NCBI GenBank assembly: GCA_965112155.1
Contig: OZ218114.1
Length of the DNA stretch: 64,000 bases
DNA from: Podarcis liolepis
Taxonomy: Eukaryota
Direction: 5' to 3' (one strand)
Numbering within the stretch: the first letter of the stretch is position 1; every line of letters begins with the position of its first letter. Shown in pieces: positions 36,891-52,103 of the stretch. Under the pieces are notes generated by a model. It did no database searches, was not told where the DNA came from, and was given only the letters and a program-made list of their open reading frames with translations. Made by a program: the position numbers and the translations under genes.

Positions 36891-37879
36891 GTAAGGTTTT
36901 TTTTAAAGCTAGTATTGTTGGTTGGATTGTCATCCTTATCAGTTGTAGCACTGCAACTCCCATCAGCCTCAGCCTGCATGACCAAGAGCTAGGGATGATG
37001 GGAATTGTAGTCCTACAACATCTGGAGAACCCCCACCCATTCCACTTTACTATTAAGTCTGATGCAGAGCCTAGCAAGCAGAGTTTCACTTGCCTTGCAC
37101 ACATTCTGGTGAACATTCTGTTGTCTTAGCCAAACCTATGACACAACACTAATATGAGGATGAAATGTGCCACCATGGTTTCCTTGGAGGAAAAGGAGAA
37201 ATGTATTTGGCAGTTTGAGACTTCGCTTTTAATACAGTAACCCTTTTGCTACCAAATGGCACAAGTTCCTTAGAGGAGGGGCAGGATAAAAATATAATGT
37301 GGGATTTAATTTTGTGTGTGTTTTTGTTCTTAATGACTATTGTTTCATTGTTCGTATTGTATTTTAATTGTATCATCTGTCTTATGAGCTGGCTATGGGA
37401 CATTTGTTATGGGGCACCTATATAACTACAGTTATGCTGGATGATCAATGTTTCCATTGACTAAAACAGGAATAGCCCTCCAAATCGTGTGCTACTTCTC
37501 ATGTCATCCTGGCTGGGGCTGGTGCAACTTGGAGTCCAAATATCTCTAGATCAGCGCATTGGCTTCCCCTGGATTAAACATCTTTCCCTAGCTTGCAAGC
37601 TTCACCCTGTCTGTGTGGGCAGGAGAGAGAAATAGCGATGGAGAAAAGAGGCTTGACAAAAAAACATTGTGCTTGTTTCAGGCAAAGCAGGCTGAGGATC
37701 TCTTAATTCAGCATTTACTCGTGAGAATTATTCCCATGAGGAATCTTGCAGCACAGCCTGCTTTGGCTGGGAGTATAGAAGGCAATTGAATCAAAGGGTT
37801 CCATTTCCACTTGCATTCATCCAGCCTGGGAAATTCAGTGGGCCGCAGCATTTGTGTCAGCAGGGGATTCCTTGCTCCT

Positions 37880-38023
37880 NNNNNNNNNNNNNNNNNNNNN
37901 NNNNNNNNNNNNNNNNNNNNNNNNNNNNNNNNNNNNNNNNNNNNNNNNNNNNNNNNNNNNNNNNNNNNNNNNNNNNNNNNNNNNNNNNNNNNNNNNNNNN
38001 NNNNNNNNNNNNNNNNNNNNNNN
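37880..38023. other. Assembly gap (144 N) in intron 9
   Basis: Run of N. Confidence 1.
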
Positions 38024-38062
38024 GAATTGATGAATGTTCGTGCAATAATTGCCAGTTGTTAA

Positions 38063-38317
<255 letters not shown>

Positions 38318-39318
38318 TGAAACACCTCCAGCTCAGCTTCTTGCACTTTGCTGCCAGGCAGAGCTGAGGTTTTCAGCTGCCGCCAGAATTGTGTTTCTTG
38401 GGAATCGCCTTTCCCTTGCGATGCCTTCAAGTACAGCTGCTTGTTGTGCCGGGTTTGGAGCAGGGATATTGATGGGAGGATGGGGGGGCTTAGCAACCTT
38501 GCCGTTTTCATAGGGGAGCTGTAAGGTAGGGGTTGCTTATTTGGAGCTTTGCTTTGTCTAGCCTGTAGATTGCAAAGCAGGAATAAACCAGGGACTGTGC
38601 CTGAACCAGGGACTAAAGACCTTGAAGTTCTTTTAGTGCAGCGTCTATCAAAATTATTTGCATGGTCGCAACATGCTAGATGGTGTGCAAAAAAAGTGGC
38701 ATGTTGCTTGTCTAGTCAGCTCTTCACTTCCTGTAGTTGTGAAAATTCACACAAAAGCTGAGTCTGCATGGTTGTATTTATTTATTTTTGAAAAGTAAGT
38801 TCCTAGACCACGCCAATCTTAAACTTTGGGCAGATTCATACAAGTGAAGGTGGTTCTTAAGGTATCTTGGTTCCAGGATGTTTGGAGCTTTAAACGTTAT
38901 TGCCAGCTCTTAAATCAAGCCCCGAAACAAATAGATAGCCGACAGAAATGGAAATATATTTCATTTTCCCAAGTTCTGGTCAATGATTTTAGATCAGTAG
39001 AAGTTTTCAAACTTGCTTCAAGGGCAGCCCCATGTAGAGAACATTACAGTAATCTGATCTATTAAGTTGGAAATATTTTTGTCACCCCTTTCAACAGACA
39101 TGTTTTCATACCTTTCAGAAGCAACCAAAGTTAAATGAGGGGGATAGACTTTTCTGAGTTGCCTGTCTCTGATACCTGCCCTTTAATCTCTTGCTTCTGC
39201 CATCATTTCTGGATGAACTACCGGTGTTTTTAGGCCTGCTGTTTTGCCAGGGTGTGATTTCTATCTATCTCTCCACCCCTTTCTCACTTCAACCCCCCCC
39301 CCAAAAAATGTCTTTTAG

Positions 39319-39549
<231 letters not shown>

Positions 39550-41489
39550 TGAGACCAGAGGCACAGACAAGTTGCATCAGAGCCTAAGAGCCCTGGTGGA
39601 TCAGCCCAAAGGCCTATCTAATCCGACCTCCTATTTACCAAGGTGGCCAATCAGATGCCTGTGGGAAGACAGTAGCCCTCTCCCACTTCTGGTACACAGA
39701 GACATGGCACTTCTGATCCTATAGGTAGTATGTGGGCATCATGACTAGTGGTCAATGTATGCCTGTGGTGCTGCTGTAAGGGGCATTCTTGTTTCCATGT
39801 GCAGTGTTACCAAGCTCCTTCCGGCCCTGCAATGCGTTTGTTTATAACTTTTAACATTCTCCAACACAAATGACAATTTCTCAGTGGACTTGCCACAGTG
39901 ATTCCTACTTACTCATGTTCAAAATTCAGATCCATTCTGTTGTAAGTCTGGCTGAAGCAAGAGAAAACAACATTTGGCATAAGAAGGAGCAAGCCTTTGT
40001 TTCTATTACGTTTATATTCCGCCTCTCCTCCAGTGAGCTCAAGGCAGCACACACAGTTCTTGGTTCTCCCCATTATATCCTCACAACAACCCCATTGACT
40101 GATAGGTTGAGAGATAACGAGTGGTCAAAGTCACCCAGGAGGCTTCATGTCTTAGTAGGGATTTGAATCTTGATGTCCCCCAGTCCTTGTCCACAAATGT
40201 TAAGCACTTCACCGCACCAGTTCATATGGATTCCATTCTCTCCCCTGTCCAGGAATTTGGGTGCTGCCCACAGGTTCGAATTCTGAGCATCACTGCTTTG
40301 CTCAGCAAACAAGTGTTGCCAGCTCTCAGGGTGCTCACTCTGGCCTCCTCGTCTCACCATCGCTGATCGGGAAGCAAATCAAAAGTTATGGGTGGTGGTG
40401 TGCATTACGAAGCCCGTCTTTATGATTTGAAACTGGCCTGTTATGATAATTGTGGTTGTTGCTTCTGAAAATGTCTGCAAACACAACACATGCTGCACCC
40501 CTGAGCTGTGGGTCCTGCCAGAGAGAACTGCCTTACAATGAATCAAACCACTGATCTTTCTCACCCAGTGTTGTCAACCCCATCTGGTAGCGGCATTGGA
40601 TGGCAGGGGAGGAAGGGAGAGACTGAGCCTTTCCTGTCTGTGTATCTTTGGTTGTGCACAGTTAACGTGGCTGTCCTGGTTCAGTAGCAAGAATCAAAAC
40701 TGGTACATTTATCTTGGGGGAAGGGGTTAAGAAGAAAGGGATGCAGCTTTCTGTTTTGAATGCAGGCCATCTGAAAATATTATGTAATCATTTAATAAAG
40801 GCCTTAAGGGTAGGACCTGGAAGAGGAACCGTTTTTGCTTCTTGGCTGCTTTTTCTTGTTCATTCTTTGTACCCAGTGAGTAGGTTAATAAACTTAGATT
40901 GGCTTCTTGATAAGATGCCTTTTCCTGAGCTACGGCATGGGAGTCTCCCCCCACCAACTCCACTCCTGTTAGTGCATCATTTTGCAAGCTCCCAGAGGGT
41001 GCATTTTTAGACCTTGCGTGACATTAGAAACATGCCTTTTATTTTGTCTGAAAACGAACCAAGTCAATAGTTGGAGCCAGATATTAGTTCCTCCAGATTG
41101 TCTCACAGCTTGAACCTTTTGTTCTGCTTTGCATTTTGCTGGGTTCTTCCAGACAATTGCTATGCTAATTTCTTCCCACAACTGTTGCAGTGAGATGGGG
41201 GGCACTTGGTGCCTAAATGGCCTGATCGCATCAGACTGTAGGTATCTCCTCTTTCTGCCTTGGTGGGCATCGTGTTAGCTGGATCAAGAGGAAGGTCATT
41301 CCTCTGATAGGGATAACACATCCCACAGGTGATGACAGGCAGGGTCCCAAACAGTTTTCTGCCTCCTCTCCAGAGAATGGGGCCATCCCACCCACCAATC
41401 TGATCCTGTCTGTCTTTTTTGTTGGGTCTGACTTGTCAGGTTGAAGAATTTTAATCTAATCAAAATAATGCTGCACTTTTTCTTTTAAG

Positions 41490-41548
41490 CAACTGGAAGA
41501 AAAATTGAAGGTGCAAGCTGACTATGACGAGGTTAAGAAAGAATTGAA
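41490..41548 (+). CDS. CUX1: CUX1/CASP exon 12 (QLEEKLKVQADYDEVKKELN)
   Basis: ttttaag|CAAC...TGAA|gtaagt; 59 nt. Confidence 0.96.
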
Positions 41549-41827
41549 GTAAGTATTTTTTATATATATAGTTGAAATCAGCAATACTTTTTTTCTGGGT
41601 GGAAAAAATACAATGATTTCAAACTAAGAACCAACTCACTAAAACCAAGAGAAGAATACATCTGATGCATGTTGGTTGTGGACACGTTTGTGGCTTCAAA
41701 CATGTGGCTTCACCCAAAAAATCTAGGCGCTGTGAGCACCCTGAACTTTGTCCAAGGTCTTTAATCCCTTTGTGGATTAATGGTTTTCATAAGAGAAGTC
41801 CTATTGAATCAGACCAAAGATCTAGTT

Positions 41828-42053
41828 CAGAAGTAGGCAACCTAATCGCCTTCTTAATCCGGCCCATGGACGGTCTGGGAATCAGTGTGCTTTTACATGA
41901 GTAGAATGTGTGCTTTTATTTAAAATGCATCTCTGGGTTATTTGTGGGGCACAGGAATTCGTTCATTTCCCCCCCAAAAAATATAGCCCGGCCCCCCACA
42001 TGGTCTGAGGGACGGTGGACCGACCCATGGCTGAAAAAGGTTGCTGACCCCTG
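41828..42053 (+). mobile_element. Non-autonomous hAT element, OposCharlie1(OC1)-like
   Basis: CAG...CCCCTG termini; degenerate 8-bp TSD atctagtt/atacagtt; internal atgcatctctgggttatttgtgggg...ggtctgagggac motifs recalled from OC1-type MITEs. Confidence 0.65.
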
Positions 42054-43510
42054 ATACAGTTAGTTCAGCATCCTGTTTACTGCAATTCATGCACAGAAAT
42101 TTAAATAAATGCAGCTTTCCCCACACCTTTATCTATCTACCAGGAAATCATTTACCTCCTCAAAAGCTTGTAAGTCAAGAAGCTTAGTGAGCATCCTTGA
42201 TGCTTATCCACCAACCCAAGAACATGTCCCAAGGCCAGGGATGAGCAGTCCAGTCCACTGTCCCATTTCCTCATCATTCTGTGATTGTTTTTTAAAGACC
42301 TACAGAAATTCACATTTTAAAAGTATTTTTGCTCACAAAATATGCATATTACTGTCTTTTTTGAAATGACTCTGGAGCACTTAAAGCGCCAAAACCAAAG
42401 AACAAGTGCCTTCCAATTGCGTGTTAGTTTGGGAAGTTTGCTTAAGCACTGCAGAGACTACCACGTATCCCAGAGGCATGTCTAGTTTGTACTGGAAACC
42501 GGGCTTCTGGTGTTACTGCTCTTTCCCTGGGGTGTGACCCATTCATTTACAGATTGTTATTTATAGCTGTAGAAATTGTTTTGTTGTTTTTAGGGTTTGT
42601 AAGAATGCTTTTATTGTTTGTAGGACTTGTATTTTATCTCATTTTTGCCTTCTTGTACAACGTTTCAAAGGCTTCAGGCAGTGAATCAGTTCATAAATTT
42701 GTAAAATAATAATAATAATAATAAATATTCAAACTAAATGGAGAGTTTTTTCTGCAGTGGCCAGTTTTGAAAACCATTGGCCTAACTGCACAGTTTTGAC
42801 TTTCCCAGCAGCCTTGACAGGCCAGCACACCAGGCTGGCCAGCTGAATGGTTTGCTATTGTTGAGTCACTTATTGAGGACTTGGAGAGTAAAATACAAAG
42901 GGAATGTCTTAGTAATTTCCAGGTGCTTCATAGAGCTTAAGAAATACCAAGCAATTCTTGGGTTCTATCACTGTGGAGTGCTTGATTATTAAAATGCAAA
43001 ACAGAGTCTCCTCTGTTTTTTAAGCCTGTGTTGGGTCATGCAAATAATTTGTGCTCGTTTTCCTTGATATGTGAGCTGATAAATTTTGCATGTTTTCATT
43101 TTTCGCATTTCATGGGCATTATTATGACCATGATGACGATTCCCTGTTTTTGCTGCTTTGTTATAAGCCTCCCCCCATTTCCCTTCAAGCGTCACACACA
43201 CATTTATATTGTTTCTGACAGTTTAAAATGTTATATCCTTATTAACCTTTAAATTTATGCTTGAAACGGGCCTGGTGGGACTGCGTTGTGCAGTGATTTA
43301 GAGGGCATTTGAGAAAATGTTCTTCTCTGATAACTAGTGTGAATAGTTATTCTATATTCATTATCAGATTATATTACTCCCAAGAAAAGTTGTTAAAGTT
43401 ATCACTTAGGGTGTTCCTGGAGAGCTGAAAATTACAATGTTAATGCTTATTAGAGGAGCTGTTATGAAAGGACAGAAGAGAAAATAACTCTTTATTCTAC
43501 CACTTTGCAG

Positions 43511-43559
43511 CATCTTGAAGTCCATGGAGTTTGCACCCTCTGATGGCTCCAGCACACAG
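43511..43559 (+). CDS. CUX1: CUX1/CASP exon 13 (ILKSMEFAPSDGSSTQ)
   Basis: ctttgcag|CATC...ACAG|gtaaca; 49 nt. Confidence 0.95.
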
Positions 43560-46132
43560 GTAACAGGACTGCTTTTGGATTTTGGGCGAGCAGAGCTGAG
43601 GGTGGGGAGGTCACTTCTGAATGCCAGCTTGGATTGAGAAATGTTGTGTCTGACACACTAAGAGTCCATGAGGCTTTTTGGGTAAAGAACTTTGACATGG
43701 AAGACCTGGGTTCAAACCTTGCTCAGCCAGGGAATTAACTGTGTGTGGTCTTGAGCATGCCTGCCAGTTTGCATTTCCAGCACTTAAACCCTCTACCTCG
43801 CAAGTTGATGGTGAGGAAAAATGAAATAACAGAACGATCTAAAGAGAGCCAGCATAGCAAGTGTGTGACACCAGCTCTTTTGTCTTTCAGAGGACAAGTT
43901 ATACCTTTTTATCTTAGACCAGGGGTTTTAATGAGTGGTTCATGGCTGCTGTTCTCGTTTCACTTGTTCTTTTAACTGCCTGCTTGGTTTTTTATCTGAT
44001 GTGCTTGTTGTGGCGGCTGCTTTAATTCTTCCATTGCTTGCTTTTTAAACTTATTTCTATTGTAAACCACTTTTGATGTGATGATAGAGGTGATGAGCTG
44101 CTGCCTTATGAAGGAATTGTAGTAATTCCTGAGCTAAAGGTCTTTGGGTATTGCAATATTTTAAAGTGTGCTGCAGATAGTGACCGATGAGGAAGATGTT
44201 CAATAATACAAACATTTAATAGTTCAGAAGGGAGAAAATGAACAGATATGATTTTATTCAGGGTGGGAAATGGGGACCATGACATAGAGTTGAAAAATCT
44301 GGAAGTGAAGTGTCAATATTTAGTCAACAAAATCTACCAGGGCTGCAAGATGCACACACGCAATTCTCTTCTGTCTCCACAAGTGTGTGAAAATGCAGCT
44401 ATCATATCCACTGTGGGGATATAAACCCAGATCTCCCTGGTCTATGGCCAACACATCCCTCACTACACCATACTGATCCTTGAAGTGCCTATTGAAGTGG
44501 TAACTCAAATCCTAAATTTGCCAGATCCAAATGGAATACATACATTGCTCCTATGTGATATTGAAGCCTTTTCTTCCCTTCCCAGAAGAAGGAAGGAGAG
44601 CTGTCTGAGTAGGAGCGGGTAGCCCAGTCTCGCTCTAAATTATTTGCCGTTGAGTTTTTTCCCAGCAATTTTGGCTAAATCCCATGGAGGTTCCACAATG
44701 GCTGCTTGAGGAGCTGCCTGCTCAAGTCCAAGCCTCTCCATCACTGGCTGTGGGGGCTAAGCAGCCTTTTCCTGTGGCTTCTGACAAGCCTTTCACTGCC
44801 TCTTTCCCATATGCCCTTGATGCAGTTTGGAAAGCTAAATAGGCCCACCCTAATTAACCCAGAAATGTTCCCGCATTGGCACAAAAGCCTTATGCCCTTG
44901 CAAAACCCATTATGGGTCAACTGCATTTACCTGCAGTGGATCCACTTGCAACTCTCAGGAGCTGATGACTGACCACCGTTTGGGGGGGGGGATTACTGTG
45001 GCCCTGCCAGCGAGAAAAACAAAGCCAGACAAACCATCAAATCCACCCCAAATGGTCTCCTGCTTGATCACGGTTTTTTGCAGGATGCGCCAAAACTCCA
45101 CAAAAATACCCTCCCACACAGGAAGAGGGGACCCCAAATCCACTGGCCCTCCTCCAATGCCAACCCCAAATGCCCCAAAAGGGAACCACACTGGGAATCA
45201 CAGAAGGAGGGGGGTGCAGTGGGCAGGGGAAAGACCAAACATGTGCCCACAGCTCAGCTAATAAGCAATGGAACAAGAGAGGAGACAAAGAACAAGCCAA
45301 TGTCACACAGCAGGAGCACAAGGAATGGGGGGGGCAGGGGGACAGAAGAGGCATAAAGGAAGCAAGCCTGAGAGCTCAGCTTTCGCTGACTACAGGCGTG
45401 GTTGGTTTGGATCCTTCCCCCTGGACATGAGGCATTGGCCTGGAAGGGGCCCCGCCTGAACCTCCAGTTAGGATGTTTTCCATCTGGATCTTCAAAGAGA
45501 AATTCACAATAAGACAATTTTTCCGTTTTCAGACCTCCTTCAAATGCACAATTGAACTACATTGAACAAAGAAACCTTTGGGTAGTGGGGGGTGGGGGTG
45601 GGAGGGAAGCATCCAAAGCCTGTGGTGTCGTCACATATTAATCTTGTAGGATCAAAGGTTACAAATTGGATTCTGGCATCTTTAGTGCAAAGTTGAAGCC
45701 GCTTCCCTGTGTGCCAGGCGTTTTATTATTTCCAGTGGGTTTCGATGATTGAGAGTCGCGTGCGGGGAAAGGGGAAGGGTCGGTGTTTGTGACTGATTTA
45801 ATTTGTCCATTTTCTCCATAGCGCCGAGACGCAGTGTTTCAGGGAAGATACGCCGCGATAGTGCTGCGTCTGAAGGCAAACAGGTGTAAAAAAAAGAAAG
45901 GAAAATGATTAATGGGGCACTTAAAAATACATCTCTGGAGCTGATAAGCAGCCTGCACCAGAACACCAAGCAGTTTCGCGGCCATAGACTAGGGAGTCGT
46001 AGCAGATGTGCCAAAATGCAGATGACAAATTCTAGGTTGCTGGCCGAGCCCCATCAGCGCCCTCGTGAACTCCACCCTGAGGTGCAATTCTCAGGCTCTT
46101 TGGCGCCTAACCCTTCTTCCGTCTCTCCATAG

Positions 46133-46232
46133 GATGCTGCATCCAAACCGCTGGAAGTCCTGCTGCTGGAAAAGAACCGCCTGCTACAATCGGAGAACGC
46201 CACGCTCCGTATCACAAACAGTGACCTGAGCG
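46133..46232 (+). CDS. CUX1: CUX1/CASP exon 14, last exon shared with CASP ([33 protein letters not shown])
   Basis: ctccatag|GATG...AGCG|gtaagt; 100 nt. Confidence 0.96.
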
Positions 46233-46984
46233 GTAAGTGGATTGGCGGGGGCGGAGGGGGGGGAACAAACGTGTTTCTCAGGCTGCAAGTCTTTGTTTGC
46301 TGATTCGAGGGTGAGGATGGGGAAGAGGGCCTGAGCCCAAGCCTTGTGCTGCATGACAGAAAGAGTAATGGAGAGCAAGAACTTTGAATCGTGTTTCATC
46401 TCTCCGCCGCCGCCTCCCTGCACCCTTTATACTGTAGATAATAGAATAAGACTTCGAGACCTCGGAGACGGTCCAAAGGGTTAGGAAGGAGAAATGTTTC
46501 CGAATGTTATGTGAGGAGCAGCGTCGGAGTCTGTCTTCCATTTTGGTCGCAAACCTGACATTGGTGCTAATTTCCCCCACCCTTCCCCAAACGTAAATTA
46601 AAGTGGATTCCAAAAGTGAGCCTGTCTCATATACTTAGCTGGCATGTCAGTTTGAATCCCTGTTCTTTTATTTCCAGAGGTGGTGCATTTCCTTTTCTTG
46701 TTTGCTTTTCTCAGAGGCAGGGGATGTTGCACATGCCTAAATATATATATATATGGGTGGATTTGTGGAATTTCCAGGTGCTTCTTTAGTTTGGGTTTTC
46801 GCAGCTGGTGACAGCTGTATAAATTGGGCACCCAGGTGGTTGTTTCATTCTCCCAGTAGCGTCTGAACTATACTTTGGCATTATTCGAGCAATGATTTCT
46901 CTAATCCGAGTTTCATCTGGCATTTATAAATGTTTGCTGCATTTGGGTTCAACCAAGGTCTGTTTTGGAGACAAGGCAACTTGA

Positions 46985-48070
<1,086 letters not shown>

Positions 48071-51000
48071 TGAGGCATTAGCCACTGGCTTTCCTTTCCA
48101 TTTCTGTTCTTGGTAGATGGGAGGCCCTGTCAACAGGACTTCCTTCATCTGGTGGTTGAAGAGGTCCATTTGGCTTTCACCTCTTAAGCCAATTATTCTT
48201 TGAATGGACCGTGGCAGAGAGAAGTGGCAGAGTGGAAGTTGGGACAGTACGATCCAGTGGTTATGTTTGCCTGTGCTGGCCCCATACAATATAAGGTTCC
48301 CATTGCCATCTGTTTCCATGGGCCAATGCAGGAGAGCATCCCCATGAATTGCGCCCTGTGTTTATTAGTGTGTGGAATGGTCCATTTTGATGTTTTAACT
48401 CAGGCGCCCAAATCTCTTGGGCCCGCTCTGATTCATTGGGTATCCATGAAACAGGTTTTTGTTTCTTTAAGTATCTTAAATGTGCAGAACTTGGAAAACG
48501 TGGTGTTCCCGGCGTAGCAGAAACAGCGTCTTTTGCTGTCCCATCCTTGAGTGTGTATCTATCAAAGTAGTTCATTTTCATTGTAGTGATTCGATGACTC
48601 TGCACTCATTCGATAAAACTTGAATGAATGCAAGTGAGAAGTTTTGCCGCTTTCAAAACTCTGAATTCTCAGCAGAATTTATGATCAAGGGAAATCTGGT
48701 TCAACCCTCTCTGCAGGTTCCCCAAGTCAGACCCACAAGTATCCACCCCACTCTCAATACAGGCCTAATTGTGCCACAGGAAACTCTTGCCCTCTGCTTC
48801 CGGACCAAGCAGATTCATAGAATGTAAAATAATCAGAAATGTGTAACATATTTTAAGATGCCAAAGCGCAAAGCAAAACTGTTGGGGATGGGGAGAGGAT
48901 GGCTATTGATCTTCATTAACAGAAGGGTTGATGCAAAACTCTTAAGGAGCCCAAACAATACTGAGACAGTTATTGTCATCCTGTCTCCCTCCACTACCAG
49001 GTTCTCTGTAAAATCCACTGAAATAACACACCTTTGCTAAATGTTGTCTTTGTGCAGCTTCTCTGCAAATGGTTGCATTTGTTGAGAGAGAGCTGCCACT
49101 ATTTCATGTTTCTCTCGCTCACGCTCACCCCCTTCTTTTCCTGGTAATGGCTCCCGTACTAACAGTATGTGACACAAGGTGATGACATTGGGCTGAGCAT
49201 TTCCCCACCCCTCCCATCTCTGGCTGTCAACAGGAGGCGTGGGGGAAATGTACCGCGTGACATCATCACTGTGTGGAGAGGGGCCAGATCCTATGGTAGA
49301 CCACAGGCTGCGCATGCATGAGGTCCCAGGTTCAAAATGCACCTAGCTAAAAAGACTGAGCCGCTGGGCAGCCGCTGCCCACCAAAGTAGAGCTAGATGG
49401 GGCAATTGCCTGGCTCACTATAAGGCATTGATAAGACACCAGATTTTTCAGCTAAAGGGATCTTTGGTAGCAGGGCTGGGAAAGACCCCAGAAAGCTAAT
49501 TGTGGGGTTGGGGGGGGACGTTTTCTCCAACCTTTTCAGGCTTGTGATTGTCAGCCCAAATCAGGGCTATTTAAGGGGGGAGGGCTAAGGCTTGTCAGAG
49601 GGAAAGGCCCAGGTAGTATGTGTGAGAAATCAAACAAATTATTTAAAAATCACAAACTCTGTTCCAGTGAAAGATAAAATCTTCAAACATAAATTCATGA
49701 CGCTCTTTTCTTCGAATGAACACATTTATTTCCTGGCTTTAGCTGCAACCAAGTCATGAATTATATCATTCCTCCAAGGCGGGTCAAGGGGGTGCACATA
49801 CAGGGGTTTTCCTCTCCCCCCCCCCCATTCAAAAAAAGAGAGGAAACGACCACTTCTCTGAAAGAAAGAGAAGGCTAAGAAAGAATGACTGGCCCAAGGA
49901 CCCCCCCCCCAGTGAGCTCAACTGGGAAATTGGGGGGCTAAAAAAGGATAAGTGCCTAAAGCTATACACTTGTTTATTTGATTTGATTTGATTTATAAGC
50001 CCTCCCTCGATTCTGAGTGATCCCAGAGTGGGTTACGGCATAAAACGAACATAAAGCAAATCACACTATCCAGGTCAGACACACCAATTACTATAAAAAC
50101 AGTTTTAAAAGTCAAGTGCAAATTGCAAACTCAGACATAATAATATAACAGACAGCAAACTCGGACAGCGAATAGTGCTGTTCCTCAAACTTCCCAAAAA
50201 GCTTGGGCATAGAAGTGACGATGTGGCTCCACCATGACAAAGACCCTTTCCTGCTTCACTGTGTCACATAGTTCACCTGCCAATGGGGCAAGATGAAGAA
50301 CCTAACCTGCTCTCCCCTAACACGCATGGTTAATCCAGCTGGCCCCCAAGGTGCATTATGGAACCCACTTCCTGGATTTTTTATGCTGTTTTTTAAAACA
50401 CACATCTAGACTTTAAGAAGCATTTACTGATGCCAAAGCTTGGAAAAACCATAAGGGCATCAACGCTGGAAGCGAAATCACAGGAACATAGGACGCTGCC
50501 TTATCCCAAGTCAGATCATTGGTCCTTCTAGCTCAATATGGTGCACACTAATTGGCAGTGGATCTCCAGGTTTTCAAACAGAGATCCTTCCTGGCCCTAG
50601 CTGGAGATGCAAGAGGTTAAACTGGGACCTTCTGCAAGCAAAGCATGTGCTTTATCACTGAGGCAAATCTAATCTAAGGGTGTTGATCTGTACACTAGCC
50701 CATACAAATAACAACTGTGGTCATAAGGATGATAAGCATCCTGTTACTGGGTGCAAGCTAAAATTTGACAGGAAGGGAAGGAATGAAGAGCTGTCCTGTC
50801 CCAAAACAGGCTCTTGTTTTCAGGAAAGAGGAGTGCTGGAAACTCATCGCCAGAAGGAGCTGGCTTAAGGGAAGGGAGAAGGGTCCACCTGTCAGTGGTG
50901 TTAGGGAATGGGGGGGGGGGAAGGTTTTTGCCCCCTTACAGTGCCATCCCAACTGCAGGGTTTTGCTTTCCTCTGCAGGAATGAGGCCTTTAAAAAGCAC

Positions 51001-51519
51001 TTATCTGTGCAAGCTTTGTGCACATGCCCTGTCAGTTGCATTTAAGGATGTGAGTGAAATCATTCACATCACAAACGTCCTGGTCCAGTGCAGTAAGTGT
51101 AGCTGAGTCAGCTTTGTATGCACACCCAGTCATACTGAGTCCATGCCAGCCCATTGACATGTGCTCCAGGACAGAAGTACCTAGTGGCCTGGTAGGTGCA
51201 GCCAGAATATAAGAACATCAAGAGTATCCCTGCTAGATCTAGACCAAATGCCTTTCTAGTCCAGCATCCCATCTCCTATCATGGCCAGATGTCTGTGGGA
51301 AACCCCCAAGCAGGAGAGCAGGGCAATCGGACTCTTCCGCTACTCTGTGGATTGGTATTCTAAGGCAAGCTCCCTCTGTTCCTGGAAGGGGATATTGCCA
51401 TCATGACTATTAGCCCTTGATATCCTTATCTTGCGTATAACATGTAAATGGGCCAGTTCATGTGAAGGTGCAGGTGAAGAAAATTTACATGCGTAAGGGC
51501 CTTCCTTGTGTCTTGTCCT

Positions 51520-51960
51520 TAAAAATCAGACTTAAACCAGAGTCCTTTTTGTTGGGAATAACCCAGACAGAAATTCCCAGGTGCCAGAGAAGTTTACTTA
51601 TGTATGCAACCACAGTGGCCCGCATTCTGTTGGCCCCAAAACGGAAAGTGAGTGAGGTCCCTTGTAAAGAGGACTGGCAACTTAAGATGTTAGAATATGC
51701 AGAACTTGCAGGTACGACACACAGATTAACAGAGCAAGAAGAACATATATTTAAAGAAGTGAGGAAACTATTTATTGAATATATAGAAAATAATTGTACA
51801 TCTGAAAACACTGACAGCATTAAGATAAATTCAACAGAGTAAACAATATTTGATTGATGTGAAAGTGGAAAATTGATTTGAATGGTTATAGTAAAATATG
51901 CAGGAAAGTATGGTATGTAATATGAACCATGGAAGGAGAAGAAGGGAACTCAGTGGATAT
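51520..51960 (+). mobile_element. L1/Tx1-clade LINE 3' fragment
   Basis: PESFLLGI...LMYATTVARILLA...EDWQLKMLEYAEL...LFIEYIE is an ORF2 C-terminal signature. Confidence 0.7.
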
Positions 51961-51967
51961 TTTAAAG

Positions 51968-52103
51968 CAGGCATCCCCAACCTGCGGCCCTCCAAATGTT
52001 TTGGCCTACAATTCCCATGATCCCTAGCTAACAGGACCAGTGGTCAGGGATGATGGGAATTGTAGTCCAAAACATCTGGAGGGCCGAAGGTTGGGGATGC
52101 CTG
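51968..52103. mobile_element. Palindromic hAT-type MITE (136 bp)
   Basis: TIR CAGGCATCCCCAACCT / AGGTTGGGGATGCCTG; flanked by ttaaag on both sides; degenerate relatives at ~22400-22540, 26303-26440, 36940-37040, 37470-37575. Confidence 0.85.
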
